Shown here: positions 1-8,207 of the stretch, piece by piece | Layout: each line of letters opens with the position of its first letter | Numbering within the stretch: the first letter of the stretch is position 1 | Source of the DNA: a virus | Taxonomy: Duplodnaviria; Caudoviricetes | Length of the DNA stretch: 64,000 nt | Direction: 5' to 3' (one strand) | Virus record (IMG/VR): IMGVR_UViG_3300028886_000070 | Span: 1 to 64,000 of that record | Notes under the pieces: model-generated | What the model saw: the letters and a program-made list of their open reading frames with translations, nothing else | Told to the model about the DNA's origin: nothing | The model's database searches: none | Translations under genes and position numbers: made by a program

Positions 1-216
1 AACGCGGAGCTCAAGGCGAAGGGCGAGTACGGCAAGTACAACCGCTGCGTCGAGGGCGACGTCTACGACACGCGGGAGATTCTCGAGCTGAAGGAGGGGC
101 GGACGACTCCGCAGGGCTACAGGGACTGGAACGCGCTCGCGGCGTTCGTACGCAAGACGGCGCGGAAGGTACTTGCCTTCGCGAAGGAAGTCGATCCGGT
201 CGAGGAGAACGAATGA
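1..216 (+). CDS. hypothetical protein, 5'-truncated by window edge
   Basis: Frame 1 is open from base 1 (NAELKAKGEYGK...EENE) to TGA 214-216, overlapping the next ATG (ATGA). Confidence 0.6.
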   Translation, partial: NAELKAKGEYGKYNRCVEGDVYDTREILELKEGRTTPQGYRDWNALAAFVRKTARKVLAFAKEVDPVEENE

Positions 217-536
217 CACTGACTATACCGACGACGCCGGCCGAGTGGGCGGCGTCGAACGACGGCGCCAAGGGGCCGTGCCTCCTCGTCTCGAGGGACA
301 GGGAGGGGCTGCCCCGCTGGGTGGGCGTCGACAAGGACGGGTTCTGCGAATCCTTCGACACGCTCGACGGCGCGCTTCTGTTCGCCGTCGGGTTCCTCGA
401 CCCCGGCAAGGGAGGCGAGGGCGAGTACCGCGCGCTGTACGACAGGCCGGGCCAGGCGAAGCTCTGGTTCGAGCAGGTGCTGCGCAGGCTCGAGGCGGAG
501 GAGCGCGGGGACCCACACTGGGAAGCCGTGAGATGA
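213..536 (+). CDS. hypothetical protein (107 aa)
   Basis: GAGGAG RBS, ATGA overlaps at both ends, high GC3. Confidence 0.7.
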   Translation: MTLTIPTTPAEWAASNDGAKGPCLLVSRDREGLPRWVGVDKDGFCESFDTLDGALLFAVGFLDPGKGGEGEYRALYDRPGQAKLWFEQVLRRLEAEERGDPHWEAVR

Positions 537-811
537 ACAAGGCACTGCTGAAGCAGTTCAGGAAGTGGGCCTTCGGGCTCATGAAGGTGAACCCGGACTA
601 CGTCCGGGATCCCAAGCGGCTCCGCGACTACGTGAAGGGCCCGAACTGGAACGCGTGCGGGTGCGAGTACGCGCACTTCCGCGACACCGTCGGCTTCTAC
701 GGCGAGGAGCTTCTCGGCATGTTCGAGAGGCTCCGGGCCGGAGAGGGCGAAGAGGGCCTCGCGGAGTACAGGGCGCTCCTGAAGGCCGCGGGCATAGAGG
801 AGGCGAAGTAG
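533..811 (+). CDS. hypothetical protein (92 aa, MNKALLKQF...)
   Basis: ATGA overlap with the previous stop; abuts the next gene; real start lies within track ORF 173..811. Confidence 0.7.
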   Translation: MNKALLKQFRKWAFGLMKVNPDYVRDPKRLRDYVKGPNWNACGCEYAHFRDTVGFYGEELLGMFERLRAGEGEEGLAEYRALLKAAGIEEAK

Positions 812-1072
812 ATGGCGCACAAGTACAAGGTGCGGCTCACCCTCATGCTGAACACCTACGTGGAGGTCGAGGCCTCCACGCAGGACGAGGCGGAGTCGAA
901 GGCGTTCGACGAGGTGTGCCGCTGCGAGAAGGACGACGAGCGCTGGATCGACGACGGCGACATCCAGGTCGAGGACGACACGTGCGTCCTCGTGGACGGC
1001 CAGTGGGAGAACGCCCACTTCGTCGCGAAGGAGCTCGGAGGCGAGGGCTTGACGCCGGACCCGGAGCTATGA
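812..1072 (+). CDS. small acidic protein, DpnD/PcfM-like pattern
   Basis: GAGGAGG RBS; YKVRLT...VEVEASTQDEAESKA pattern; family call is weak. Confidence 0.55.
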   Translation: MAHKYKVRLTLMLNTYVEVEASTQDEAESKAFDEVCRCEKDDERWIDDGDIQVEDDTCVLVDGQWENAHFVAKELGGEGLTPDPEL

Positions 1073-1078
1073 TATAAT
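1049..1078 (+). promoter_or_regulatory. sigma70-like promoter, class I
   Basis: TTGACG-18 nt-TATAAT with TGn extension, upstream of the helicase. Confidence 0.7.
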
Positions 1079-1129
1079 AGGAACCCGTTAGCCCAAGTTG
1101 GGCCTGGAAGGAAACCAAGTGAAACACTC

Positions 1130-2452
1130 ATGATTACGCTGAAGGAATGGCAAGTCCCGCTTGCCGAGCACCAGACGAAGGTGCTGCGCGAAGGGAAGGT
1201 GATGCTGTCCGCCTGCCACACGGGGAGCGGCAAGACCTACCTCGCATGCCAGACGATCAGGGATCTCAAGATGCCCACGCTCGTCGTGTGCCCCAAGGTC
1301 GCGATCTCGCAGTGGAAACACGTCGTCGAGGGCATGGGCTGCCGGCCCTACGTCATCGACGTCGTGAACCCCGAGAGGCTGGTCGCGGGCAGGAACCCGT
1401 ACTACAACAACGACACCGGCTGGGCGTCGCTCGACGGAAACCGCCCGTGCCTCCTGGTGGTGGACGAGGTCCACCGCGGATGCAGCGGCCCTGACTCGAA
1501 GCAAACCCTCATGTGCGCGCGGTGGTGCAACAAGCTCCACCCGCTCAACAAGGAGCTGCTGATGTCCGCGACTCCCTTCGAGACCCCGGAGAAGATGCGC
1601 CTCATCGGCTACCTGATGGGGTTCCACCGCTTCGTCAAGTCCAGCTTCTACGACTGGATGAGAACGAAGAACTGCGGGTTCGTCGACATCGGCTGGGGCG
1701 CCCGCAAGCGCCGCGTCTTCCGGTTCACCACGAACAGGAAGAAGGCCGAGGAGACCATGCGCCTCATACGGCACGAGATGGGAGACCGTTTCATGTCGAT
1801 AACGCCCGAGGAGATACCGGACTTCCCGGACGAGACGCGCGAAGTGGTCCGCATCGACCTCTCGAAGCGAGACCACGACGCGCTCGTCCGCGCCTACGAG
1901 GAGATGCCCGAGCGCATCCAGCACATGTCGCAGGACGACATGGTGAAGATGCTCCGGCTACGCCAACAAGCCGAGTTCCTGAAGGCCGAGGCGGTCGCGC
2001 AGGAGGTCATCGAGGCGGTGAGGTCGGGCTACTCGGTCTTCCGCATGGTGAACTTCACCGACGCGAGGACGAGGCTCGAGAACTGCCTGCGGGACGCGAA
2101 GGTGCCCTTCGCGAACATCTACGGCGGGCAGAAGGAGAGCGAGCGGCAGAGGGGCATAGACGAGTTCCAGGCGAACCAGGTGCATGTCATGGTGGGCATG
2201 GCCGCCGCCTGCTCCGTCGCCCTGTCGCTGCACGACGAGCGCCACGAGAGGCCGAGGGTCTCCTGGATCAGTCCGGGCTATTCCGCGAGCGAGTTCTCGC
2301 AGGGCCTCGGGAGGATTCGGAGGGTCGGCGGCACGCCCGTGACGCAGTTCATAGACATCGCCGCCGACTCCGTCGAGGAGAAGGTGGGCATGGCAATCGA
2401 GCGGAAGATGAACAACCTCTCCGCTCTTACTGACAAGGATCTGATGAGATGA
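1130..2452 (+). CDS. superfamily 2 DNA helicase (DEAD/DEAH-like)
   Basis: Walker A HTGSGKT, motif II DEVH, motif III SAT, motif VI QGLGRIRR. Confidence 0.9.
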   Translation: MITLKEWQVPLAEHQTKVLREGKVMLSACHTGSGKTYLACQTIRDLKMPTLVVCPKVAISQWKHVVEGMGCRPYVIDVVNPERLVAGRNPYYNNDTGWASLDGNRPCLLVVDEVHRGCSGPDSKQTLMCARWCNKLHPLNKELLMSATPFETPEKMRLIGYLMGFHRFVKSSFYDWMRTKNCGFVDIGWGARKRRVFRFTTNRKKAEETMRLIRHEMGDRFMSITPEEIPDFPDETREVVRIDLSKRDHDALVRAYEEMPERIQHMSQDDMVKMLRLRQQAEFLKAEAVAQEVIEAVRSGYSVFRMVNFTDARTRLENCLRDAKVPFANIYGGQKESERQRGIDEFQANQVHVMVGMAAACSVALSLHDERHERPRVSWISPGYSASEFSQGLGRIRRVGGTPVTQFIDIAADSVEEKVGMAIERKMNNLSALTDKDLMR

Positions 2453-3129
2453 AGGTCAAAGTCAAGTTCCGGGACACGGAGTTCGGGCTCTTCGAGCCGA
2501 GCTTCACGGTCCCCGTCCTCTGGACCGGCGAGCGGTTCCGGGGGATATACCTCGACTTCGTGGCGAACGGCGTCCCGTGGTCGCAGCTCGTCCTCGACGA
2601 GGCGATGCCCCGCGACAGGATACTGGACGAGACGTGGGGCGAAAGCCCGGTCTTCGCGTCGGCCACCGACGGGGTGTACTGGATCATCGAGAGAATACTG
2701 GACCCCGAGCGCGAGTGCGGCGAGGAGATCGAAATCGAATACGAAGGAGAAGACATGGAAGAGAAGACGATAGAGGTCCCTGCGGGGACAAGCAAGGTGA
2801 CGCTGAACATCAAGCGGGGGAGCGAACGCCCCGAGGGGATGACGCTCCGCCAGGCGCTCATGGCGACGCCGTCCAACAGGGCGGTCCTCGTGCGCGTGGT
2901 CGACTGCCCGATGGTGAACTCGAAGCGGCTGGCCTGGGACATGTTCCTGCCGGCGATCGGCGAGGACGACTCCGACGAGTGGCGCCGGGCCCGGACGACG
3001 CAGTTCGCGTCGTGCGAGCTCTGCGACGTCCCCGTCCTGCTGGACGAGCGCGAAGTGAAGCGCGTGGACATCCGGTACAGCACGCACGGCACGGACTGCG
3101 TCGTGTTCGAGGTGGAGAATGACGCCTGA
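2449..3129 (+). CDS. hypothetical protein (226 aa; possible internal start at 2755)
   Basis: ATGA overlap with the helicase stop; typical codon usage. Confidence 0.65.
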   Translation: MKVKVKFRDTEFGLFEPSFTVPVLWTGERFRGIYLDFVANGVPWSQLVLDEAMPRDRILDETWGESPVFASATDGVYWIIERILDPERECGEEIEIEYEGEDMEEKTIEVPAGTSKVTLNIKRGSERPEGMTLRQALMATPSNRAVLVRVVDCPMVNSKRLAWDMFLPAIGEDDSDEWRRARTTQFASCELCDVPVLLDEREVKRVDIRYSTHGTDCVVFEVENDA

Positions 3130-3481
3130 GTTCGTAAAGCTCACGAGCCGCGAGTGCGGTGGCGGCGACCTGTTCCTGAAGAGGAGCATGATCGCCGCCG
3201 TCGGCTCGTACTGGAACGGGAAGCAGCAGGTCACGCACGTCACGCTGATAAACGAAGACATCGACTACGAGGTGAAGGAGAGCCCGCGTGAGGTTCTCCG
3301 CCTCATCACAGGAGAAAAGGAACAGCCAAATGGCATACAAGAAGAGACGCGTGTCGCCCAGCTCGCTGGCCGCGACGGAACACTGCCCCCGGTTCAGGCC
3401 GGACGGCAAGGAGAACGATGCCGCAATCGACGGCACCATGATGCACGAGTACGCGGAGGAGATGGTATCGCTTCCGCGTGA
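3119..3481 (+). CDS. small protein, FlbD-like pattern
   Basis: FVKLT...THVTL...VKESPREVLRLI; GGAG RBS; its 3' end overlaps the next gene. Confidence 0.5.
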   Translation: MTPEFVKLTSRECGGGDLFLKRSMIAAVGSYWNGKQQVTHVTLINEDIDYEVKESPREVLRLITGEKEQPNGIQEETRVAQLAGRDGTLPPVQAGRQGERCRNRRHHDARVRGGDGIASA

Positions 3482-4628
3482 CCAGTGGGACGGCTGGATC
3501 GCCACCCGCGACGCGAGCCCGGACATGAAGGGCATGCTCGAGGAGATCGCGGCCACGTACCGCACGATCATCACGGAAGACGTCGAGGTCTTCAAGGACT
3601 ACCGCCTGCGGATGCGCGGCGGCAAGCCCCGCAAGACTCCGCTGCGCCCGGGCCTCTACCCGGAGTGCGAGCTGGACCGCGGCGACGGGGCTCACGGATT
3701 CATAGACCTCATGTACGTCACCGCCGAGGGGCTGGTCTATATCATCGACCTAAAATCGAATCGCGCGGAGAAGGACTTCTCGCTCCAGCTCGCCGCCTAT
3801 GCGTGCGACGTGAACCGGCTGTGCCCGGCGCATGTCGCGTTCATCTGCCAGATCATCGCGCCGAGGCTCGATGACGAGGCGCAGATGCGCATGGAGGTCG
3901 GCGTCGACGAGCTCGCCGCCTGGCGCAAGCGCATCGAGGAGATCGAGGACATCGCCGACCGCTCGGCGAACGACGACTCGATCCCCGGCGTGCCCTGCGA
4001 TTCCTGTGCCTTCTGCCATTGGGCGGGGAGGTGTCGGTATCAGGCAGCGGCGACGCAGTGCGTGGCCGAAGTCGTGAACGAGGACCAGGTGACGGTCTCC
4101 GCCAAGACCGGCAAGACGACCATCGTTCAGGCATTGGCCAACCTGGTCGGCCCGAACGGCCCGTACGCGGGCGAGGTGGTGACGGCGCAGACGTTCCTCA
4201 ACCCGCCGACCCCGGCGCAGCGCGGACTCCGCCGCGCGTGCATGAAGTTCCTCGAGGTCTTCATCGAGGCCGCGAAGGAGGACGACCGCACGTGGGCCGG
4301 GCAGTTCCCGGCGGACCAGATCGCGACGCTCGTTCCGGGCTTCTCGATCTCCATGGTGAAGGGCCGCTCCACGGTCGACACGTCGCGCGTCGCGGACATC
4401 CGCGAGGCCGTCATGTCCCGCTTCCACATGAACATCGAGGAGGTGTTCGAGGTCTCGAGCGTCGACACGAAGATGCTCGCCGAGAAGCTGGTCGTCGACG
4501 GCTGGACGAAGAAGAAGGCCGACGAGGAGATCAAGAAGTGCCTCGAGCCCTTCATGAACGTCGGCGCGCCGAGCGTCCGCTGGACGCAGAAGCCGCCGAA
4601 GGCGAAGCAGATCGAGTCGGAGTTCTGA
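3330..4628 (+). CDS. Cas4-like PD-(D/E)XK exonuclease (recombination)
   Basis: SPSSL...CP, GTMMH, GFIDL...IIDLKS, QLAAYA, and C-terminal CxxCxFCxxxxxC cluster. Confidence 0.85.
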   Translation: MAYKKRRVSPSSLAATEHCPRFRPDGKENDAAIDGTMMHEYAEEMVSLPRDQWDGWIATRDASPDMKGMLEEIAATYRTIITEDVEVFKDYRLRMRGGKPRKTPLRPGLYPECELDRGDGAHGFIDLMYVTAEGLVYIIDLKSNRAEKDFSLQLAAYACDVNRLCPAHVAFICQIIAPRLDDEAQMRMEVGVDELAAWRKRIEEIEDIADRSANDDSIPGVPCDSCAFCHWAGRCRYQAAATQCVAEVVNEDQVTVSAKTGKTTIVQALANLVGPNGPYAGEVVTAQTFLNPPTPAQRGLRRACMKFLEVFIEAAKEDDRTWAGQFPADQIATLVPGFSISMVKGRSTVDTSRVADIREAVMSRFHMNIEEVFEVSSVDTKMLAEKLVVDGWTKKKADEEIKKCLEPFMNVGAPSVRWTQKPPKAKQIESEF

Positions 4629-4692
4629 CATGCCGTGCTTCGCGAACAGGACGTTCTGGAAATGCGTAGCCGGAGAATCGAGGAGAGGGAAG

Positions 4693-5010
4693 ATGCCTAA
4701 CGAATACGAACTGATGCCGCAGTACGACGCCCGCAAGTCCTTCTACGGGAAGGCGCGGGTGCGCGTGGACGACGACGGGAACAAGTTCCTGATCAGCTAC
4801 GGGACGCCCGTCATGTGGTGGGACGCCAAGACGAAGACCCTGCACCGGCTGTGCGCCGGCTGGACGAACCCGAACGGCAAGTACGTCACGTGGGCGAGCA
4901 CCACGGGGCGCCACGTCACGGAGTTCTCCCGCCAGATGGAGGGCTGCGCCGAGGTCACGAAGAAGGAGTGGGACAAGATGGAGGTCGAGGAGCTTCCGCA
5001 CCCGCTGTGA
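4693..5010 (+). CDS. phage hypothetical protein (YDARKSFYGKA type)
   Basis: AGGAG RBS, start MPNEYEL. Confidence 0.7.
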   Translation: MPNEYELMPQYDARKSFYGKARVRVDDDGNKFLISYGTPVMWWDAKTKTLHRLCAGWTNPNGKYVTWASTTGRHVTEFSRQMEGCAEVTKKEWDKMEVEELPHPL

Positions 5011-5077
5011 CAATCCATGTCTCCCGGGGCCGGGTGGCCCCGGGGACCAAACACAAAGAGAAACCGAAGGAAAGAAG

Positions 5078-6073
5078 ATGAACAAGAAAGCAAATGCCGC
5101 CGAGGCGGCGAACGTGAACGACAACGACGAAGTCGTGGACGCCAAGTCCACGCAGGTCGCGACGGTGGAATCGACCGCCGTCTCGACGGAGGTGCAGGTG
5201 CAGGGTGTCCAGCTGGACTTCCCGTTCATCCGCATCGGCCAGGGCATGAGCCAGTGGCGCACCACGGAGACGAAGAACGGCAAGCCCGAGGAGGGCGCCT
5301 TCTACGTCGGCCGCTCGAAGGACCAGAACGTGAAGATCGCCGAGTCCGGCAAGGACGGCGGCATCTACGGCATCATCCTCGACAAGGTCGACGGGTTCAA
5401 GGAGGACCGCCCGTACTCGCCCGGCAACAACGTGGCGCCCCGCCGCTGGATCGTCGGCCAGACGGACGCGGACGGCAAGCCCATGTCCGAGGAGGCGTGC
5501 CTCACGGCGGCCGCGGCGGAGGGCTTCTCCCTCGCGCTCAAGCCGACGGGCGAGGTGTGGCCCGACTCGGGCCGCCCGAAGATGCGGGCGAACCTGGGGC
5601 GGTTCTGCTACCTCCTCATGCTGGTGCCCGTCCCCGAGACCCTCGAGAGCGACGACCTGCGCGTCTACCCGATCGGCGACCGCCTGTACACGACGGCGCG
5701 GATGGAGTTCGACAAGCAGTACTTCAAGTCGCTCGACCAGACGCTCGGGAACATCAAGTCCCGCGCCGACTTCGCGTTCATGCAGGAGCAGAAGAAGCTG
5801 CTGCGCGAGGGGAAGATCGACGCCGAGGGGTACAAGAAGGCGCTCGCCGGCCACCGCTGGTCGGTGAACGGCCTCGTGTGCCACATCTACTCCTGCGAGG
5901 CCACGAACAAGCAGGGCATCACGTACACGACGCACGCCTTCGAGCGCGCGATGCGCGACGGGAGGCCGTGGGAGTTCACGGACGAGGAGAAGGCGGACTT
6001 CACCACGTTCCTCATGTCGGTCAGGGCTGGCGCCGCCAGCATGGACGACGTGGAGGGCGACGGGGAGTTCTGA
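5078..6073 (+). CDS. putative ssDNA-binding/annealing protein
   Basis: Lies between exonuclease and PolA; N-terminal LDFPFIRIGQGMS; acidic tail ending in an aromatic residue (DDVEGDGEF). Confidence 0.6.
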   Translation: MNKKANAAEAANVNDNDEVVDAKSTQVATVESTAVSTEVQVQGVQLDFPFIRIGQGMSQWRTTETKNGKPEEGAFYVGRSKDQNVKIAESGKDGGIYGIILDKVDGFKEDRPYSPGNNVAPRRWIVGQTDADGKPMSEEACLTAAAAEGFSLALKPTGEVWPDSGRPKMRANLGRFCYLLMLVPVPETLESDDLRVYPIGDRLYTTARMEFDKQYFKSLDQTLGNIKSRADFAFMQEQKKLLREGKIDAEGYKKALAGHRWSVNGLVCHIYSCEATNKQGITYTTHAFERAMRDGRPWEFTDEEKADFTTFLMSVRAGAASMDDVEGDGEF

Positions 6074-6159
6074 CCGTCAGGTTCAACCGGCAGCGGACGT
6101 CCGCCGGTAGGATCCGGCGGACGTCCCGCCATGCGACAAACACAGGAAGGAGACGAAAG

Positions 6160-6288
6160 ATGAAGCACGAGACAACGAAGACGCCCGCGAGCGCGAGCGC
6201 CATGTCCGAGAGCCGCCTCGCCAAGGCGGCAGCGGCGGCAGACCGCCGCGAGGCGCGCGACGCGCGCCGCCAGCCGCGCGCCAAGTAG
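6160..6288 (+). CDS. small basic peptide (42 aa)
   Basis: GGAAGGAG RBS, ATG at 6160, followed by a terminator. Confidence 0.5.
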   Translation: MKHETTKTPASASAMSESRLAKAAAAADRREARDARRQPRAK

Positions 6289-6318
6289 GGCGCGCCGGCA
6301 GTCTGCACTCCACCACCG

Positions 6319-6364
6319 AAAGCCTGCCAGGTTCCCGAGCGGAATCTGGCGGGCTTTTTTATTT
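6319..6364 (+). terminator. Rho-independent terminator
   Basis: AAAGCCTGCCAGGTTCC/GGAATCTGGCGGGCTTT stem (with G-U pairs) followed by TTTTTTATTT. Confidence 0.8.
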
Positions 6365-6386
6365 CGCGCTGTCGCGCGCGACCCGA

Positions 6387-6398
6387 ATATGGTATAAT
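6387..6398 (+). promoter_or_regulatory. extended -10 promoter, class II (TGGTATAAT)
   Basis: ATATGGTATAAT right after the terminator; ATG is 7 nt after the -10, so the mRNA is probably leaderless; weak -35. Confidence 0.65.
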
Positions 6399-6405
6399 AT
6401 GCGCC

Positions 6406-6537
6406 ATGAGACACCCCATCCGCACGTTTGCCGCAGCCCTGCTCCTCGCGTCCCTGCTCCTCGCAGCCGCGGGGTGCTCGTCCGCGCCGGAGAGGGAACC
6501 CGAATATCCGACCTACGAAAGGTGGTGGGCGACATGA
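6406..6537 (+). CDS. small lipoprotein (43 aa), not in the ORF track
   Basis: MRHPIRTFAAALLLASLLLAAAG-CSSAPEREPEYPTYERWWAT: signal peptide plus lipobox AAG-C; ATGA coupling to the protease. Confidence 0.7.
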   Translation: MRHPIRTFAAALLLASLLLAAAGCSSAPEREPEYPTYERWWAT

Positions 6538-7238
6538 CGAGCTTCCGATCGAGATTCAACCCGTGCGGCCTGAAGATACCGCCGCGCAACCCCTGCACCA
6601 GGAAGCGGACCCTGCTCTGCGCCAAGGGCTTCACGGCCCCGCCGGAGCTGCTGCTCGACGGCTACTGCACCCCCGCCGAGGACCAGGGGGCGACGCCGAG
6701 GTGCGCGGCCTTCGCGGCCTCGAACTTCGCCGAGAGCGTCCTCTGGCGCGTGAACGGGCGGCCCGTCTCGGTCGACCCCGCGCCGCTCTATGCGCACGCG
6801 AAGACGCTCGACGGCGACCCGGACGGCGAGGGCACGTACCTCGAGTGCGCGCTCGAGGCGCTGAAGGCGAAGGGCTGGTTCCCGAGGAACTGCCAGGTCC
6901 GCACGTTCGGCAACTCGTTCTTCGGCTACGGCGAGGCGTCCGGCCTCGACGAGGTGAAGTTCGCGGTGCACCGGTACGGATGCTGCGTCGCCGGGTTCAA
7001 CATCACGGACGAGTGGTTCTGCCCGAAGAGGGCCGTGGTGGCGGGAGGCCCCGGCCACGAGTGCCAGGGCGGCCACGCCGTCCTCATCTGCGGCTACGAC
7101 GCGGGCGGGGTCCTCGTGATGAACTCGTGGGGCGCCGGGTACGGCAGGGACGGCAAGGTGTACGTCGCCAACAAGGCGTTCGAGAGGCAGTTCATGTACG
7201 GCGCGGTCCTGACGAAGGTCATGGACGGCCTCGATTGA
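6534..7238 (+). CDS. papain-like C1A cysteine peptidase
   Basis: DQGATPRCAAFA (oxyanion Q, catalytic C), GGHAVLICGYD (H), NSWG (N); start reassigned to ATG 6534. Confidence 0.88.
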   Translation: MTSFRSRFNPCGLKIPPRNPCTRKRTLLCAKGFTAPPELLLDGYCTPAEDQGATPRCAAFAASNFAESVLWRVNGRPVSVDPAPLYAHAKTLDGDPDGEGTYLECALEALKAKGWFPRNCQVRTFGNSFFGYGEASGLDEVKFAVHRYGCCVAGFNITDEWFCPKRAVVAGGPGHECQGGHAVLICGYDAGGVLVMNSWGAGYGRDGKVYVANKAFERQFMYGAVLTKVMDGLD

Positions 7239-7251
7239 GGAGGCCGCGGCG

Positions 7252-7617
7252 ATGTGCATGAGGAGCTCCGAGGAAGGATGCGTGCTGCGCGAGCAGCAGG
7301 AGGCGCTGAAGAGCCAGGTCGGCGAGATCGACAAGCGGCTCACGGTCGTCGAGACGGACGTGGGGAAGCTGCGCAGCGAGACGCAGGATGGGTTCAAGCA
7401 GGGGGCCGAGGCGATGAAGCTGCTGAACGTCTCGCTCACGAACCTCGCCCACGACTTCGGGGCCCGCATGAACAACTTCGACCGGCGCATCGTCGCCGAG
7501 AAGGAGAAGTGGGGCGACGTGCTGCGCAAGGTCGTCCTGTGGACGGCGATAGTCGTCCTCTCCGGGGCGGCGGTCGCGATGGGGGTCACGATCTACCAGA
7601 ACATGTTCGTCCGATGA
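7252..7617 (+). CDS. holin-like / XhlA-like membrane protein
   Basis: GAGGAGG RBS; N-terminal coiled coil and one C-terminal TM helix (VVLWTAIVVLSGAAVAMGVTIY). Confidence 0.55.
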   Translation: MCMRSSEEGCVLREQQEALKSQVGEIDKRLTVVETDVGKLRSETQDGFKQGAEAMKLLNVSLTNLAHDFGARMNNFDRRIVAEKEKWGDVLRKVVLWTAIVVLSGAAVAMGVTIYQNMFVR

Positions 7618-7664
7618 CTTTGATTCAGCTTTGATCCGTGCCTAAAGATTTTTTCTTTTTGCGC

Positions 7665-7697
7665 TTGACTCCGAGGACGGCGATATGATACAATACG
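7665..7697 (+). promoter_or_regulatory. sigma70-like promoter, class I
   Basis: TTGACT-CCGAGGACGGCGATATGA-TACAAT-ACG, with a T-rich UP-like tract upstream. Confidence 0.75.
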
Positions 7698-7704
7698 CGC
7701 CGCC

Positions 7705-8166
7705 ATGAGAAAAGAGAAAGTCGACGGAAAGCTGGTAGTCGTCCACGAGCGGGGCGACGGCATACGGCGGAGGTTCCGGGAGAGCCTCGCCGACATCAGG
7801 TGGACGTACCCGAGGAAGGGCCTCGTCCACCATCCGAGGGAATGGTTCCTCTCGGCGAGACCGATGGCGCGCCCGGTGTTCGGCGTGTACGCGATGGCCT
7901 CCTTCGCCGAGGACATGCTGTGGCGGGCGAAGAACGCGAAGAAGGGTTCGAGGCCGACGGTCGAGGACGCGATGAGGTACTTCGCCGAGACGAGGCGGGC
8001 CTTGCAGAACACGCTCTCGACGTACCGCATCGACAGGAGGTTGACGACGGCGCAGGCGAGGTCGCTGCGGCGCGTCGTCGAGCGCCTCGTCGAGGGCGCG
8101 AGGGAGCTCGTCGGAAAAATGAAAAAAGTTTCCGAGGCCCACTTGACACCGACCTCGGTGATATGA
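7705..8166 (+). CDS. basic hypothetical protein (153 aa)
   Basis: Directly downstream of a promoter; fills the gap before PolA. Confidence 0.6.
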   Translation: MRKEKVDGKLVVVHERGDGIRRRFRESLADIRWTYPRKGLVHHPREWFLSARPMARPVFGVYAMASFAEDMLWRAKNAKKGSRPTVEDAMRYFAETRRALQNTLSTYRIDRRLTTAQARSLRRVVERLVEGARELVGKMKKVSEAHLTPTSVI

Positions 8167-8175
8167 TACAATACG
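8143..8175 (+). promoter_or_regulatory. sigma70-like promoter, class I (PolA)
   Basis: TTGACA-CCGACCTCGGTGATATGA-TACAAT-ACG; A-tracts upstream. Confidence 0.8.
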
Positions 8176-8207
8176 CGGCGTTTTGCAAACACAAGGAGGT
8201 TCATCTA

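Noticed and set aside
3330-4628. Cas4-like gene as a sign of CRISPR-Cas
   Set aside because: No array or other cas genes; standard phage recombination exonuclease context
6399-6533. ORF-track N-terminal extension of the protease
   Set aside because: Begins immediately at the -10 box; this region is better explained by the lipoprotein ORF in another frame
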